Positions 19,419-28,649 of a DNA stretch of 64,000 nucleotides are shown here, piece by piece. The translations under genes were made by a program, and so were the position numbers. Position 1 is the stretch's first letter. Every line of letters starts with the position of its first letter. The DNA is from an uncultured virus (IMG/VR IMGVR_UViG_3300044445_000196). Its lineage: Duplodnaviria > Heunggongvirae > Uroviricota > Caudoviricetes. Under the pieces are notes generated by a model, which worked only from the letters and a program-made list of their open reading frames with translations, made no database searches and was not told the DNA's origin. The stretch lies in the IMG/VR virus record IMGVR_UViG_3300044445_000196; one strand, 5' to 3'.

Positions 19419-20234
19419 ATGACCGACATCAACGCCGCCGCCGAGAGCGCCCGCGAGAACCACCGAACTACCAGCGGCCAGTTCGGCACGCAGAATCACT
19501 CCGCGCCCGAGATGAGCCTGCCGGCGCTCGTCAAAGTCCAGTGGACCCCGGGCGATTACGACACGCTCATCGCCAGCGAGACGAACCCGTGGGTGCAGGC
19601 TGACGGCGAGCCCGTCGACCTGGCCGGGTACTCCATCGCCACCCGTGCCGATTGCGACTGCACCGGCGACGGGTTCGAAGGCGTCATCCTGGCGATGGAC
19701 ACCCGCGAGGGCATCCAGCGCTGCGACACGTGCGGGAAGTTCGAGAGCGACCTCGACGCCGCACAGCACACCGCCGAGGTCCTCACCGCACGCACCGGGC
19801 GCGAGCACACCGTCTGGTTCACTCCCGACGAAGAGGCCCTGCCCGCGCTCGAGGCGGATGACGACCCCCTCCCCGACCCGGTTGCTGGGGCGCAGGAGCA
19901 GTACACCAACAGCATCGCGATGCACGCTCAGCGTCGCGACTACCTCAACCGGCAGTTCGACATCCTCCGCCGTGACGAAGCGGAAACCCACCAGCGGTAC
20001 ATCGACGAGGCCCTGCCAGCCGTGCACCCGGACGCGGTGAAAGTCGTCTTCGCGACCTACCACCTCGGCGGCCCGACCGCCGAAGTCTTCGACGCGACGG
20101 ATGAGCCCATCAAGCTGTCGGAGGAGCAGAAGACCCAGCGCGCCAACCTCGCCCGCACCCTGTCGAGCGGCCTGCAAAGCGGCGTGCACACGCTGCACCT
20201 GAGCCCGCCCGCCCCGACGACGGGACCGGCATGA
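19419..20234 (+). CDS. Hypothetical protein with shared N-terminal peptide and Cys pairs
   Basis: RENHRTTSGQFGTQNHSAPEMSL; class A motif at 19401; CDC and CDTC. Confidence 0.8.
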   Translation: MTDINAAAESARENHRTTSGQFGTQNHSAPEMSLPALVKVQWTPGDYDTLIASETNPWVQADGEPVDLAGYSIATRADCDCTGDGFEGVILAMDTREGIQRCDTCGKFESDLDAAQHTAEVLTARTGREHTVWFTPDEEALPALEADDDPLPDPVAGAQEQYTNSIAMHAQRRDYLNRQFDILRRDEAETHQRYIDEALPAVHPDAVKVVFATYHLGGPTAEVFDATDEPIKLSEEQKTQRANLARTLSSGLQSGVHTLHLSPPAPTTGPA

Positions 20235-20360
20235 GCCCCATCGAGGAAGAAGACATCGACTGACAGGTGAGCTGCGCGCGCCCGCGCGCAGCGAGCCCGA
20301 GAGCGAGCGCGGCGCCCCATCGCCGCAGGGTACGCGGCGACGGAAGGAACCGCTCTCACC

Positions 20361-22181
20361 ATGTCGATCCAGACCCTCGAACTCACCCCCGGCCCCGGGT
20401 TCGACCCGAACAACTCGCAGCACGTCTCACGCGTCATCGAGAAGGTCGTCGCCGCCGAGCAGGCCAAGGCCAACGCCGCCGCCACGGCCGCCGGGGATGA
20501 GGTCGCCGGGGAGATGGGCGACAACCGCGCCGACTGGAAGGTGCTCAGCTTCGACGCGAAGACCGGCAAGCTCACCATCTACCGTCAGGCCGCGGTCACC
20601 CAGATCGACGTCGACAAGCGCGGTACCCGCACGGTGTCCATCCCCGCGGGCACGAAAGCCTCCGAAGCCGAGGGCATCGCCGCGCGCCTGCAGGAGATGC
20701 ACGAGGGGTACTACCTCTCTGAGTTCAACCCGCACCTCGGCAAGGCGCAACTGACGAAGATGTCGCTCGAGGAGTTCCGCGTGCGCGAGGCTATCGCCAC
20801 GGCCATCAGCGTCAAGCCCTGGGACCTGAAAGTGAAGGGCTCGAAGGCCGCCGGTTACGAGGTGAAGTTGCCGGCGTCGTTCATGCCGTCTAAGCACGAC
20901 GAGAAGATCCAGGAGGTCGCGGAGACCGTCGCCGGCCAGTTCGGCTGGTACTGGGAGTCGGACCCCGTCACCCTGAAAGGCAACATCGTCCCCTCCGTCC
21001 CTCCGACCTTCCCCGGCTCCATCCCGTTCCCGATGGATCTACTGCCCAAGCCCACCCCGGGCCTGGTCAACCCCATCCCCTTCGGCATGGCCCTGGCCGC
21101 CCGCGGCGATGAGGACAACTCCGTCTGCTGGCTGCGCCTCGAGGACGCACCCCACAGCCAGGTCGGCGGCACCTCCGGCTCCGGTAAGTCCGTGACCCTC
21201 AACAGCATCGTCGCCGGCGCCCTTGCCGCCGGCGCCGAGCTCGCCATCGTCGATGTGCCCGCCAAGGCCGTCGACTACGAGCTGTGGCGGCCGTTCGTGC
21301 GCAAGAACGGGTGGGGCTGCGAGTCGTTCGAAGAGAACGCCGTCATGCTGCAGGAGCTGTACAACGAGGGCAACCGCCGCGCTGAGGTCCTCAAACGCTA
21401 CGGCGCGAAGAAGCTCACGGAGCTGCCGCCGGACATCCTCGCCACGATGCCACCCGTCCTCATCGTCTGCGACGAGGTCACCGGTCTGTTCGCCCCCGCC
21501 AACGAGAAGCCTCCGCGCGGTCTCGCATCCGACCACCCCCTCGTCATCGAGGCAGCGTCCAAGGCCACGGCGAGCGCGATGATTGCCTCCTACATCGCCA
21601 AGATCGCCGCGGAGCAGCGCTTCGTCGGGTTCAAGCTCATCCTCGCCACCCAGGTCGCCAGCACCGCCACCGGTATCACCACGGCGCTGCGCACGAACCT
21701 CGGCAACAAGATGTTGCTCGGCGCGCGCGCCACCGACGGCAACCGCAAGCTCATCCTCGCCGACGTCACCGCCGCCCCCGAGATCCCGAAGCACATCCAG
21801 CAGGCCGAGGGCCTCGTCCCCAAGGGTGTCGGCGTCGCAGAGCTGGAAGCACAGCGCCCCATGGTGTTCAAGTCGTTCTATGCCTCGGAGAAGGACTTCA
21901 TCAAGCAGCTGAACGCGCGCGGCATCACCGGCCTCCCCCTCACCCAGCTGGACGCCACCCGCCCGGACCCCGCGAAGGTGAAAGAGGCGTTCCCGGAAGC
22001 TGCACGGATGGCCGAGGAGCAGCGCCTCGACGAGAAGAAGTTCGGCGCGGGCCCCCAGGCCGTCCAGGACTGGCAGCTCGACCCCACCACCGGCGAGAAG
22101 CTGAACCCGCGCCAAGCCGCCAACCGCGCGAGGCACCTGCTCACCGTCCAGGCGAAAGCTGCGAAGGCCGCGGAAGCGTGA
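20361..22181 (+). CDS. Second FtsK/SpoIIIE-domain ATPase, no obvious TM
   Basis: PHSQVGGTSGSGKS, LIVCDEV, RFVGFKLILATQ; class C motif at 20322. Confidence 0.85.
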   Translation: MSIQTLELTPGPGFDPNNSQHVSRVIEKVVAAEQAKANAAATAAGDEVAGEMGDNRADWKVLSFDAKTGKLTIYRQAAVTQIDVDKRGTRTVSIPAGTKASEAEGIAARLQEMHEGYYLSEFNPHLGKAQLTKMSLEEFRVREAIATAISVKPWDLKVKGSKAAGYEVKLPASFMPSKHDEKIQEVAETVAGQFGWYWESDPVTLKGNIVPSVPPTFPGSIPFPMDLLPKPTPGLVNPIPFGMALAARGDEDNSVCWLRLEDAPHSQVGGTSGSGKSVTLNSIVAGALAAGAELAIVDVPAKAVDYELWRPFVRKNGWGCESFEENAVMLQELYNEGNRRAEVLKRYGAKKLTELPPDILATMPPVLIVCDEVTGLFAPANEKPPRGLASDHPLVIEAASKATASAMIASYIAKIAAEQRFVGFKLILATQVASTATGITTALRTNLGNKMLLGARATDGNRKLILADVTAAPEIPKHIQQAEGLVPKGVGVAELEAQRPMVFKSFYASEKDFIKQLNARGITGLPLTQLDATRPDPAKVKEAFPEAARMAEEQRLDEKKFGAGPQAVQDWQLDPTTGEKLNPRQAANRARHLLTVQAKAAKAAEA

Positions 22182-22615
22182 GCGACGACAAGCTGGACCT
22201 GACCACGTGGGATCGGATCCGCTATGGCTGGCTCCCCCGCATCGGGTCCTTCGCTGTGGGCCTGCTCGCGCTTCTCCTCGTCGGACTTGTAGGCGTGCCC
22301 CTCATCGTCGCGGCCGCGACCGCCAACAGCGGCACTCAGCTCGAGCAGGCCACCGAACCTGCGGTCGAGCCACCCGCACCACCGGTCACCGTCGTGGACG
22401 AACCGCCCGCCCCTGACATGCCGCCCGCGCCACCGGAGGTCGTCTCTGAGCCGGTCGTAGAGATTCCGGTCGCCCCCGAACCGCAGCGGGAGCCCGAGCC
22501 CTACTACGAGAACTGCACCGCGGTGCGGGCGGCGGGCGCGGCCCCCATCTATCCGGACGACCCAGGGTGGCAGGACAAGTTCGACGGCGACAACAACGGC
22601 ATCGGGTGCGAGTGA
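22178..22615 (+). CDS. Excalibur calcium-binding domain membrane protein
   Basis: TM, Pro-rich linker, YYENCTAVRAAGAAPIY...DGDNNGIGCE. Confidence 0.9.
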   Translation: MSDDKLDLTTWDRIRYGWLPRIGSFAVGLLALLLVGLVGVPLIVAAATANSGTQLEQATEPAVEPPAPPVTVVDEPPAPDMPPAPPEVVSEPVVEIPVAPEPQREPEPYYENCTAVRAAGAAPIYPDDPGWQDKFDGDNNGIGCE

Positions 22616-22664
22616 CCTCCACCCGCCGCCGCCGCAGACGCACCCACGCCGCAGGGTGATGGAC

Positions 22665-23255
22665 GTGACCGCCCCCACGACCACCGCCCGTCCGCGTCGT
22701 CGGTTCATCGTCCTCGCCGCTGTCGCCGCGCTCGCTCTGCTTGCGTCCGCCGCATGGACCGCCCACGAGTACCGCTACCGTGGCGCGCCGAACGGCGGGA
22801 CGGCGCAGGAGGAACACGACCGCATCACGAGCAACGTCGACGCGGCCGCGGCCATCCTCGGGGGCCACGCGCGTGTGCACCAGCGGTACGCGGATTCGTG
22901 CACCGCACCCGGCTGGCATCACGACGGCGTCCGGTTCCAGTACGTGCTGCTGGTCCCCGCCGCCGAGGCCCCGGACGCCGCAGCGCTGTCCGCCGTGAAC
23001 AACCTCTGGGCGGGCAACGGTCTGATGACCAAGTACCTGGCACCGACCGAACATGGCGGCGGCCCGGGGGTGCAGACCATCCACGGTCAGAACGACCCCA
23101 CCGGTGTGTCCCTCGCAATGGCGGCTGCTCACTCCCCCAATTTCGATGAGCAGGGGTCGCTCTACCTCGTCGCCGGCTACTCGAGGTGCAGCACGGGCGG
23201 AGACGTGGCGGACTATCCCGACTGGGACGTTTACCGAGCGCCGGCGGGCGGATGA
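22665..23255 (+). CDS. Secreted/membrane-anchored hypothetical protein
   Basis: RRR plus hydrophobic N-terminus; class C motif at 22648, 7 nt before GTG. Confidence 0.7.
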   Translation: MTAPTTTARPRRRFIVLAAVAALALLASAAWTAHEYRYRGAPNGGTAQEEHDRITSNVDAAAAILGGHARVHQRYADSCTAPGWHHDGVRFQYVLLVPAAEAPDAAALSAVNNLWAGNGLMTKYLAPTEHGGGPGVQTIHGQNDPTGVSLAMAAAHSPNFDEQGSLYLVAGYSRCSTGGDVADYPDWDVYRAPAGG

Positions 23256-23276
23256 AGCCACGCGCATAGGGCTGGC

Positions 23277-23498
23277 ATGGCCACGGTTTCGATGACGCGC
23301 AGTGGATTCTGCACCTGGATATCGCCGGGTTCGCACGTCTGGTGCCGCTCGCGCGATTTCCGCTGCACCTGCCCGTGTCACACCGACCCGGCCGCCGCCG
23401 AGACTCTCGATGCGGAAGCCGAAGCATGTGCCGCAGGGTACGAAACGAGCCGACAGGCCGAGTCCGACGATGAGTCGGGCGAGGGGCAAGGCACTTGA
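23277..23498 (+). CDS. Small Cys/His-rich protein
   Basis: C..H..C...CTCPCH; GCGCATAG 7 nt before ATG. Confidence 0.6.
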   Translation: MATVSMTRSGFCTWISPGSHVWCRSRDFRCTCPCHTDPAAAETLDAEAEACAAGYETSRQAESDDESGEGQGT

Positions 23499-23586
23499 GA
23501 GTGGGCCTTCATTGAGCGCGTAGCGGAGCGCAAGAACCCCGAAACCGCCAGGGCGGGTCTCCATCCCGGAGACCCGCCCTTCTCTC
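23447..23586 (+). ncRNA. Candidate structured small RNA
   Basis: Class C motif at 23430, several short stems, closing terminator hairpin 23550-23580. Confidence 0.3.
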
Positions 23587-23647
23587 GTCCTCGCACGGCT
23601 TCTGTTCCGTCACGCGACAACCCTGCCGCGGCGCGCATAGAGGCGCC

Positions 23648-23824
23648 ATGGCCACCACCTCCGAGCCCCTCGTGACCCGCGTCGAAGTCATCGACAGCAC
23701 CGGTCGCGCCTTCGTCGGTCACTTCGAGCCCGGCGTCCAGATCGACCTGCAGGACGAAGGGCGCACGGTGAAGATCTTCGCCGGTGCCTCTGTCCCCGTC
23801 TCCACCGTCTACTCGAAGGGCTGA
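23648..23824 (+). CDS. Small phage-type hypothetical protein (58 aa, not in ORF track)
   Basis: MATTSEPLVTRVEVIDSTGRAF...LQDEGRTVKIF; GCGCATAG 7 nt before ATG. Confidence 0.75.
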   Translation: MATTSEPLVTRVEVIDSTGRAFVGHFEPGVQIDLQDEGRTVKIFAGASVPVSTVYSKG

Positions 23825-23825
23825 C

Positions 23826-24062
23826 ATGCTCCGCTTCTACCGCACCACCGAAGGCATCGTCACCGCCCTCGTCGTCTACGTCGCTATCGCGTTCGGCATC
23901 GTCGCGCTCCACGACGCCGTGTCGGGCTCGATCCTGCTCACCCTGGCCAGCATTGTCTTCGGTGGGGCCGGGTTCTACCTGTACCAGGACGCCATCAGCC
24001 GCATCTTCGACGCTGTCCACGACCGCAGCGAGGGCCTACTCGCTGAGGTGTTCAGCGCATGA
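23826..24062 (+). CDS. Small two-TM protein
   Basis: Hydrophobic ORF, operon-coupled. Confidence 0.7.
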   Translation: MLRFYRTTEGIVTALVVYVAIAFGIVALHDAVSGSILLTLASIVFGGAGFYLYQDAISRIFDAVHDRSEGLLAEVFSA

Positions 24063-24670
24063 CCGGGCAGTTCCGCCACCAGCACCGCGAGTGGCTGCTC
24101 AACCCTGCGCTCGGGGCAGGCACCGTCGCCCAGATGATCCGGGAGCGCAAGGCACTCCTCCGCCGATCACGGCGCGCCGAGACGACCGCTGCCATCTTCC
24201 TCGTGCTGATCTTCGTGGCTGTCATCACCGGCGCCGTGCTCGGCCAGAACGCGGGTGAGGGCCTCGGCTGGTCTGTGGCCCTCATCGGTGGTGGCACCGC
24301 GTTCGCCGTGACCGTCGTGAGTGCCGTCGTACACAGCATCGCCGACGAACTGGTGGACAAGCTCGACCAGAAGTGGGTCGCCGACGGTGACGCCGTGGAT
24401 CTGCATCCTCTCGATACCTTCGCCGTCGCCGACGAGGTGCCGACGGAGAACGTCTGGGCCGCGGCTGTCCTCGCGCGCGACGCACTCACTCATGCAGGCC
24501 GTCTCCGATGGGCGATAGAGGCGCGAGTGGACGGACGTCTGGTCCCCGCCGCGTACCCCACTCACGACCAGGTGCAAGACGCTGATGTCGAGATGCGGCA
24601 GCGAGCCGCAGAGCTGCTAGATCCCGGCGCGCACCGTGTTGACGCGTGGTTGCGGGAGTACGCCGCATGA
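24059..24670 (+). CDS. Two-TM membrane protein
   Basis: ATGA overlap with upstream gene. Confidence 0.7.
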   Translation: MTGQFRHQHREWLLNPALGAGTVAQMIRERKALLRRSRRAETTAAIFLVLIFVAVITGAVLGQNAGEGLGWSVALIGGGTAFAVTVVSAVVHSIADELVDKLDQKWVADGDAVDLHPLDTFAVADEVPTENVWAAAVLARDALTHAGRLRWAIEARVDGRLVPAAYPTHDQVQDADVEMRQRAAELLDPGAHRVDAWLREYAA

Positions 24671-24942
24671 ACACCGACGACACGGTCGCCATCACCCGCC
24701 GCGAGCAGGCCGTCCACCGAGCGGCCACCCGCGAACGCATCACCACCGCCCTGCTCATCCTCGCCACCGTCGCCTGCGCCGCTGTCGCCGCGCTGTCCGG
24801 CTCGCTGAACGTCCCCCTCGCCATCGTCCTCCTGCTCGCCCTGGCCGCCGACGTCATCGCCGTTCGCTCCCGCTGGTTCGCGCAGGCTGAGCGCGACAGC
24901 TACCTCCGCCATCTCCGCAACATCACCGGAGACCGCTCATGA
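24667..24942 (+). CDS. Small two-TM protein
   Basis: ATGA overlap. Confidence 0.7.
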   Translation: MNTDDTVAITRREQAVHRAATRERITTALLILATVACAAVAALSGSLNVPLAIVLLLALAADVIAVRSRWFAQAERDSYLRHLRNITGDRS

Positions 24943-25334
24943 CGACCGTGCTGCTGCTGACCGGCCCCGCCCGCGCCATCATCACCGACACCCTCGCCGA
25001 GCAGACGGGGTGGAATGTTCTCTCCGTGACCACTGCGTGCGGGCGCACGCCGGCTGCAATACTGCGCGCGGTAGCGCTCAGGCACGCGAGATCGAAGACC
25101 TCCGTGATCCTCAGCACCCCCGGCCAAGCCATCATCGAGAACGACGCGTGGGTGCACGCCCTCTCCTACGACCTCGTCATCGAGGGAGCAGAGCTCGCCA
25201 TCGTCCACGCCGGTCCCGACCCGGTCGAACTCGACCCAGAACACCACGTCGTCGCGGTCACCGCCGACCGCTCACGCACGGCCATCGAAGACGACGTGAC
25301 CCTCTTCGCCCTCGAACTGCGTTCCGCGGCCTGA
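24939..25334 (+). CDS. Hypothetical protein
   Basis: ATGA overlap; protein-like composition. Confidence 0.65.
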   Translation: MTTVLLLTGPARAIITDTLAEQTGWNVLSVTTACGRTPAAILRAVALRHARSKTSVILSTPGQAIIENDAWVHALSYDLVIEGAELAIVHAGPDPVELDPEHHVVAVTADRSRTAIEDDVTLFALELRSAA

Positions 25335-25396
25335 GGCACCGGTTCGCCGCAGGGTAGCCGGGGACTTCATCCCCTGCGAGAGATCGGCAGCACTCC

Positions 25397-27172
25397 ATGC
25401 CCAATCCCTATGTCGTCATCGGCGGTATCGCCGTCGGTGTTGTCGTCGCCGCCTTCGGGATCTTCGCCGTACCCGGGTGGGTGGAGATGGCCCAGGACAG
25501 CAACGCCCAGCGCGACCTCGGCAACATCCGCGACGCGCAAGTGAACCAGTACACCCTGAACAAGTCCTACGGTGCCGACCTCGCCTCCTTCGAGAAGGAC
25601 AGCGACTGGGGCATCGACTTCAACCTCTCCGACGGCATCAAGGACTACGAGCTGACCACCTCGAAGAACTTCCAGAAGTGGTGCGCCTCTATCCAGTCGG
25701 CCTCTGGCAGGTGGTTCGCCACCACCGGCGAGAACACCGCCATCGCCTCCGGCAAGACCTCCGAGGAAGCGCTCGCGAACGCCGGGTGCGACCTGTCCGA
25801 ACCGGTCATTCCCGTCGTGCCCATCATCACGGCGGCCTACACGCTGAACTGCCCGACCACGACCGAGGTGCGGGTGCCCATCGGCGGCGCCCGCGGCACC
25901 CTGGACTGGGGTGACGGCACCATCGTCGAGGCTGCGGCCGACGGCGAGCTGCCCGCTCACACGCTCACCGGCGGCCAAGAGTACAAGATCACCTTCACCG
26001 GCACCTTCGACAACCTCAACACCACCACGTTCAACGAGACCGGCGCCATGACCTACCGCGTACTCGACGCGGCGCGACTCTGCTACCGCAGCATGGATCT
26101 GTGGGATGAGCGGTCCGGGACCACGGACGCCAGCTACGCGTTCGGCGGCATGCGCAACCTCACCAAGGTGCCCGGCAACCTGCCCTCCACCGTCGACAGC
26201 CTCGTGGCCGCGTTCGACATCGCCACGTCGTTCAACGACAACGCCATCACGACCTGGAACGTCGGGAACGTTCGGCACTTCGACGCCATGTTCAGCTACG
26301 CCACCCAGTTCAACCAGGACATCGGCCACTGGGATGTCGGCCGGGCCACCACGATGAACGCCATGTTCGCCGAGGCGCGGAAGTTCAATCAGCCGCTGAA
26401 CGACTGGAACGTCTCCCAGGTCACCGACTTCGGGCGCATGTTCCGCATGGCCACCTCGTTCAATCAGGACCTCGACCACTGGAAGACCTCCTCCGCAATC
26501 CGCATGGAGGACATGTTCTGGCAGGCCGCGGCGTTCAACGGCAACGTCACTACCTGGGACACCCGCAACGTGATCCGTATGGACACGATGTTCGCCGGCG
26601 CCACGACGTTCAACCAGCCCATCGGAGGCTGGGACGTCTCGAATCTGCAGAACTCCGCGCTGATGTTCACCAACGCCGTGCGCTTCAATCAGCCGCTCAA
26701 CGACTGGGACATGGGCGCAGTCCGGGACATGAGCTGGATGTTCCAGGGGGCCGCGCAGTTCGACCAGCCGCTCGACAAGTGGGACACCTCTGCGGCCACG
26801 ACGATGGCCTCGATGTTCAGCGCGGCGAGCGCATTCAACCGGGACATCTCGATGTGGGACACCTCCAAGGTGACCACTATGGAGTCGATGTTCGCTGGAG
26901 CGAAGAAGTTCAACGCCCCCGTGCAGAAGTGGAACATCCGCAGCGTCACCGCGATGGAGAACATGTTCGCGAACACTGATGCGTTCAACCAGCCGGTGGG
27001 CTCGTGGGACGTCTCGAAGGTGCGGACTTTCTACTACATGTTCCTCAACGCCAAGGCGTTCGACCAGGACGTGTCGAACTGGACGAACGTGAAGGCTGAC
27101 CCGCAGGTGAAGGACCGCTCCTGGTTCGCCAACCTGCTCGCCACCTCGAAGCTGCCGGCGAACCTCCGCTGA
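25397..27172 (+). CDS. Surface protein: pilin-like N-terminus plus DUF285/BspA-type repeats
   Basis: About 12 25-aa repeats (MF..A..FNQPL..WD); pilin-like TM helix; class C motif at 25346. Confidence 0.85.
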   Translation: MPNPYVVIGGIAVGVVVAAFGIFAVPGWVEMAQDSNAQRDLGNIRDAQVNQYTLNKSYGADLASFEKDSDWGIDFNLSDGIKDYELTTSKNFQKWCASIQSASGRWFATTGENTAIASGKTSEEALANAGCDLSEPVIPVVPIITAAYTLNCPTTTEVRVPIGGARGTLDWGDGTIVEAAADGELPAHTLTGGQEYKITFTGTFDNLNTTTFNETGAMTYRVLDAARLCYRSMDLWDERSGTTDASYAFGGMRNLTKVPGNLPSTVDSLVAAFDIATSFNDNAITTWNVGNVRHFDAMFSYATQFNQDIGHWDVGRATTMNAMFAEARKFNQPLNDWNVSQVTDFGRMFRMATSFNQDLDHWKTSSAIRMEDMFWQAAAFNGNVTTWDTRNVIRMDTMFAGATTFNQPIGGWDVSNLQNSALMFTNAVRFNQPLNDWDMGAVRDMSWMFQGAAQFDQPLDKWDTSAATTMASMFSAASAFNRDISMWDTSKVTTMESMFAGAKKFNAPVQKWNIRSVTAMENMFANTDAFNQPVGSWDVSKVRTFYYMFLNAKAFDQDVSNWTNVKADPQVKDRSWFANLLATSKLPANLR

Positions 27173-27220
27173 GGCCGTGCGCGGTGACGGGCCCACACCG
27201 TCACCGCGCATGGAGCTCGC

Positions 27221-27478
27221 ATGGTCACCATCACGCCTCCCAGCCCCGCCCCCGTCGACACCACCGTCACCGCATACCGGCTGTCGACGCAGCACCGCTG
27301 TGACGCGTGCGGCGCGCAGGCGTACATCGCCGCGACGGTGAGCGGAACCGAGCTGCTGTTCTGCGCCCACCACGGCCGCAAGTACGAGACGAAGCTCCGC
27401 GCTGCCGCGACCTCGTGGCATGACGAGTCGGCGCGTCTGCTCGAGGAGCAGTCTCGCGCGAACGGGACCAAGAAGTGA
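27221..27478 (+). CDS. Small actinobacterial Zn-binding protein
   Basis: RCDACGAQAY...LLFCAHH; GCGCATGG 7 nt before ATG. Confidence 0.8.
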   Translation: MVTITPPSPAPVDTTVTAYRLSTQHRCDACGAQAYIAATVSGTELLFCAHHGRKYETKLRAAATSWHDESARLLEEQSRANGTKK

Positions 27479-27813
27479 CCGCCCTCCGCGAGGCCCTGGC
27501 CGCGCAACTGCACTCCGCACTCGGCCGCAACGACTGGGCAACCCTCGTCGAGGACGAGCGGGCGGAAGTGCTCGCCGCAGCTGACAAGCTGCTCGCGGCC
27601 CCCGACCTCGTCATTCGTTCCGCCGTCCCCACCGACGCTGACACCGAGCGCGGCGCGAAGGCGCTGTGGATGCAGGAGAACCACGGCAGCGAGGGGTGGG
27701 CCGAGATGGCCTGGGCGGAGATGACCTCCCCCGACGACTGGTCGGAGTATGCCTTCGAGCTCTCCGAGACCGCGCGCACCGTCCTCACCGCACAGGCAGG
27801 AGCACGACCGTGA
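27475..27813 (+). CDS. Hypothetical protein
   Basis: GTGA overlap. Confidence 0.7.
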   Translation: MTALREALAAQLHSALGRNDWATLVEDERAEVLAAADKLLAAPDLVIRSAVPTDADTERGAKALWMQENHGSEGWAEMAWAEMTSPDDWSEYAFELSETARTVLTAQAGARP

Positions 27814-28208
27814 CCGACCACACTGCCGCCGAGAACATCAACCCGCTGCAGGACGGCCTCACCGGCGAGCAAGTCGACTTTTTGGGCAAGGTCCTCGGCG
27901 CGAACGCCGCGTGGAGCGCCGGCATCCACGAGGCCGCTCTTGACGGTCAAGAACGGCAGGCCGCGGAGTGGGCGCAGCGGTACGTCGCTCTGCACTGGCA
28001 GCTTCGTCATGTGCTCGGGAAGGTCCCGGCGTACGAGCGGGAGACCGAGCTGTTCACCGCCCTCGCCGACGTCGTCGACGACACCGTCTGGTGGGCCGAG
28101 CACGCCGGAGATGCCGTCGCCCACCACTTCGAGCGGACCCAGCGCCGCAAGGCCGAACGCGCCGAGCGCGCCGCCACAGCTGCCGCACCCGTCGGCACCG
28201 AAAGCTGA
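27810..28208 (+). CDS. Hypothetical protein
   Basis: GTGA overlap, AGGAG RBS. Confidence 0.7.
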   Translation: MTDHTAAENINPLQDGLTGEQVDFLGKVLGANAAWSAGIHEAALDGQERQAAEWAQRYVALHWQLRHVLGKVPAYERETELFTALADVVDDTVWWAEHAGDAVAHHFERTQRRKAERAERAATAAAPVGTES

Positions 28209-28215
28209 GGACACC

Positions 28216-28515
28216 GTGCCAGACACCCCTGTCACCGCCGAAGCCGCCCGCCGGTACCCCGCCGAAACCGGTCTCGACAGCCTCGAAGTGCACGTCACCC
28301 AGGGCGCCCTGCGCACTGCGCGCCGTCGGGACTTCGTCCAAGGCGCGGTCTGGGCCGATGAGCAGCGCGCCGCCCGCGTCCCCCAGCAGCAGGTCGACGC
28401 CCTTCTCGCCGAGGCCCGCAGCATGGTGAACATCAGCAAGATCGGCGACGGCGCTCGCGGAGTCATCAACGATCTCGCCAACGCGTTGCGGGAGATCAGC
28501 AAGCCCAGCACCTGA
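28216..28515 (+). CDS. Hypothetical protein
   Basis: GAGGA RBS before GTG. Confidence 0.65.
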   Translation: MPDTPVTAEAARRYPAETGLDSLEVHVTQGALRTARRRDFVQGAVWADEQRAARVPQQQVDALLAEARSMVNISKIGDGARGVINDLANALREISKPST

Positions 28516-28649
28516 CGGCCACAGGACACGGACCACGGGCCAGGCGTTCGTTAGCAAACCGTTACCACCATGATTCGGTGAAACGCCCAGTTATGCCGCA
28601 GGGGGATAAGTGAAGCACCCGTTCATCTCGCACCGTTGAGGGGCTCACC

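Noticed and set aside
26230..27085. 75-bp periodic repeats as a possible CRISPR array
   Set aside because: They are degenerate in-frame coding repeats (DUF285-type) without identical repeats and unique spacers; no cas genes seen.
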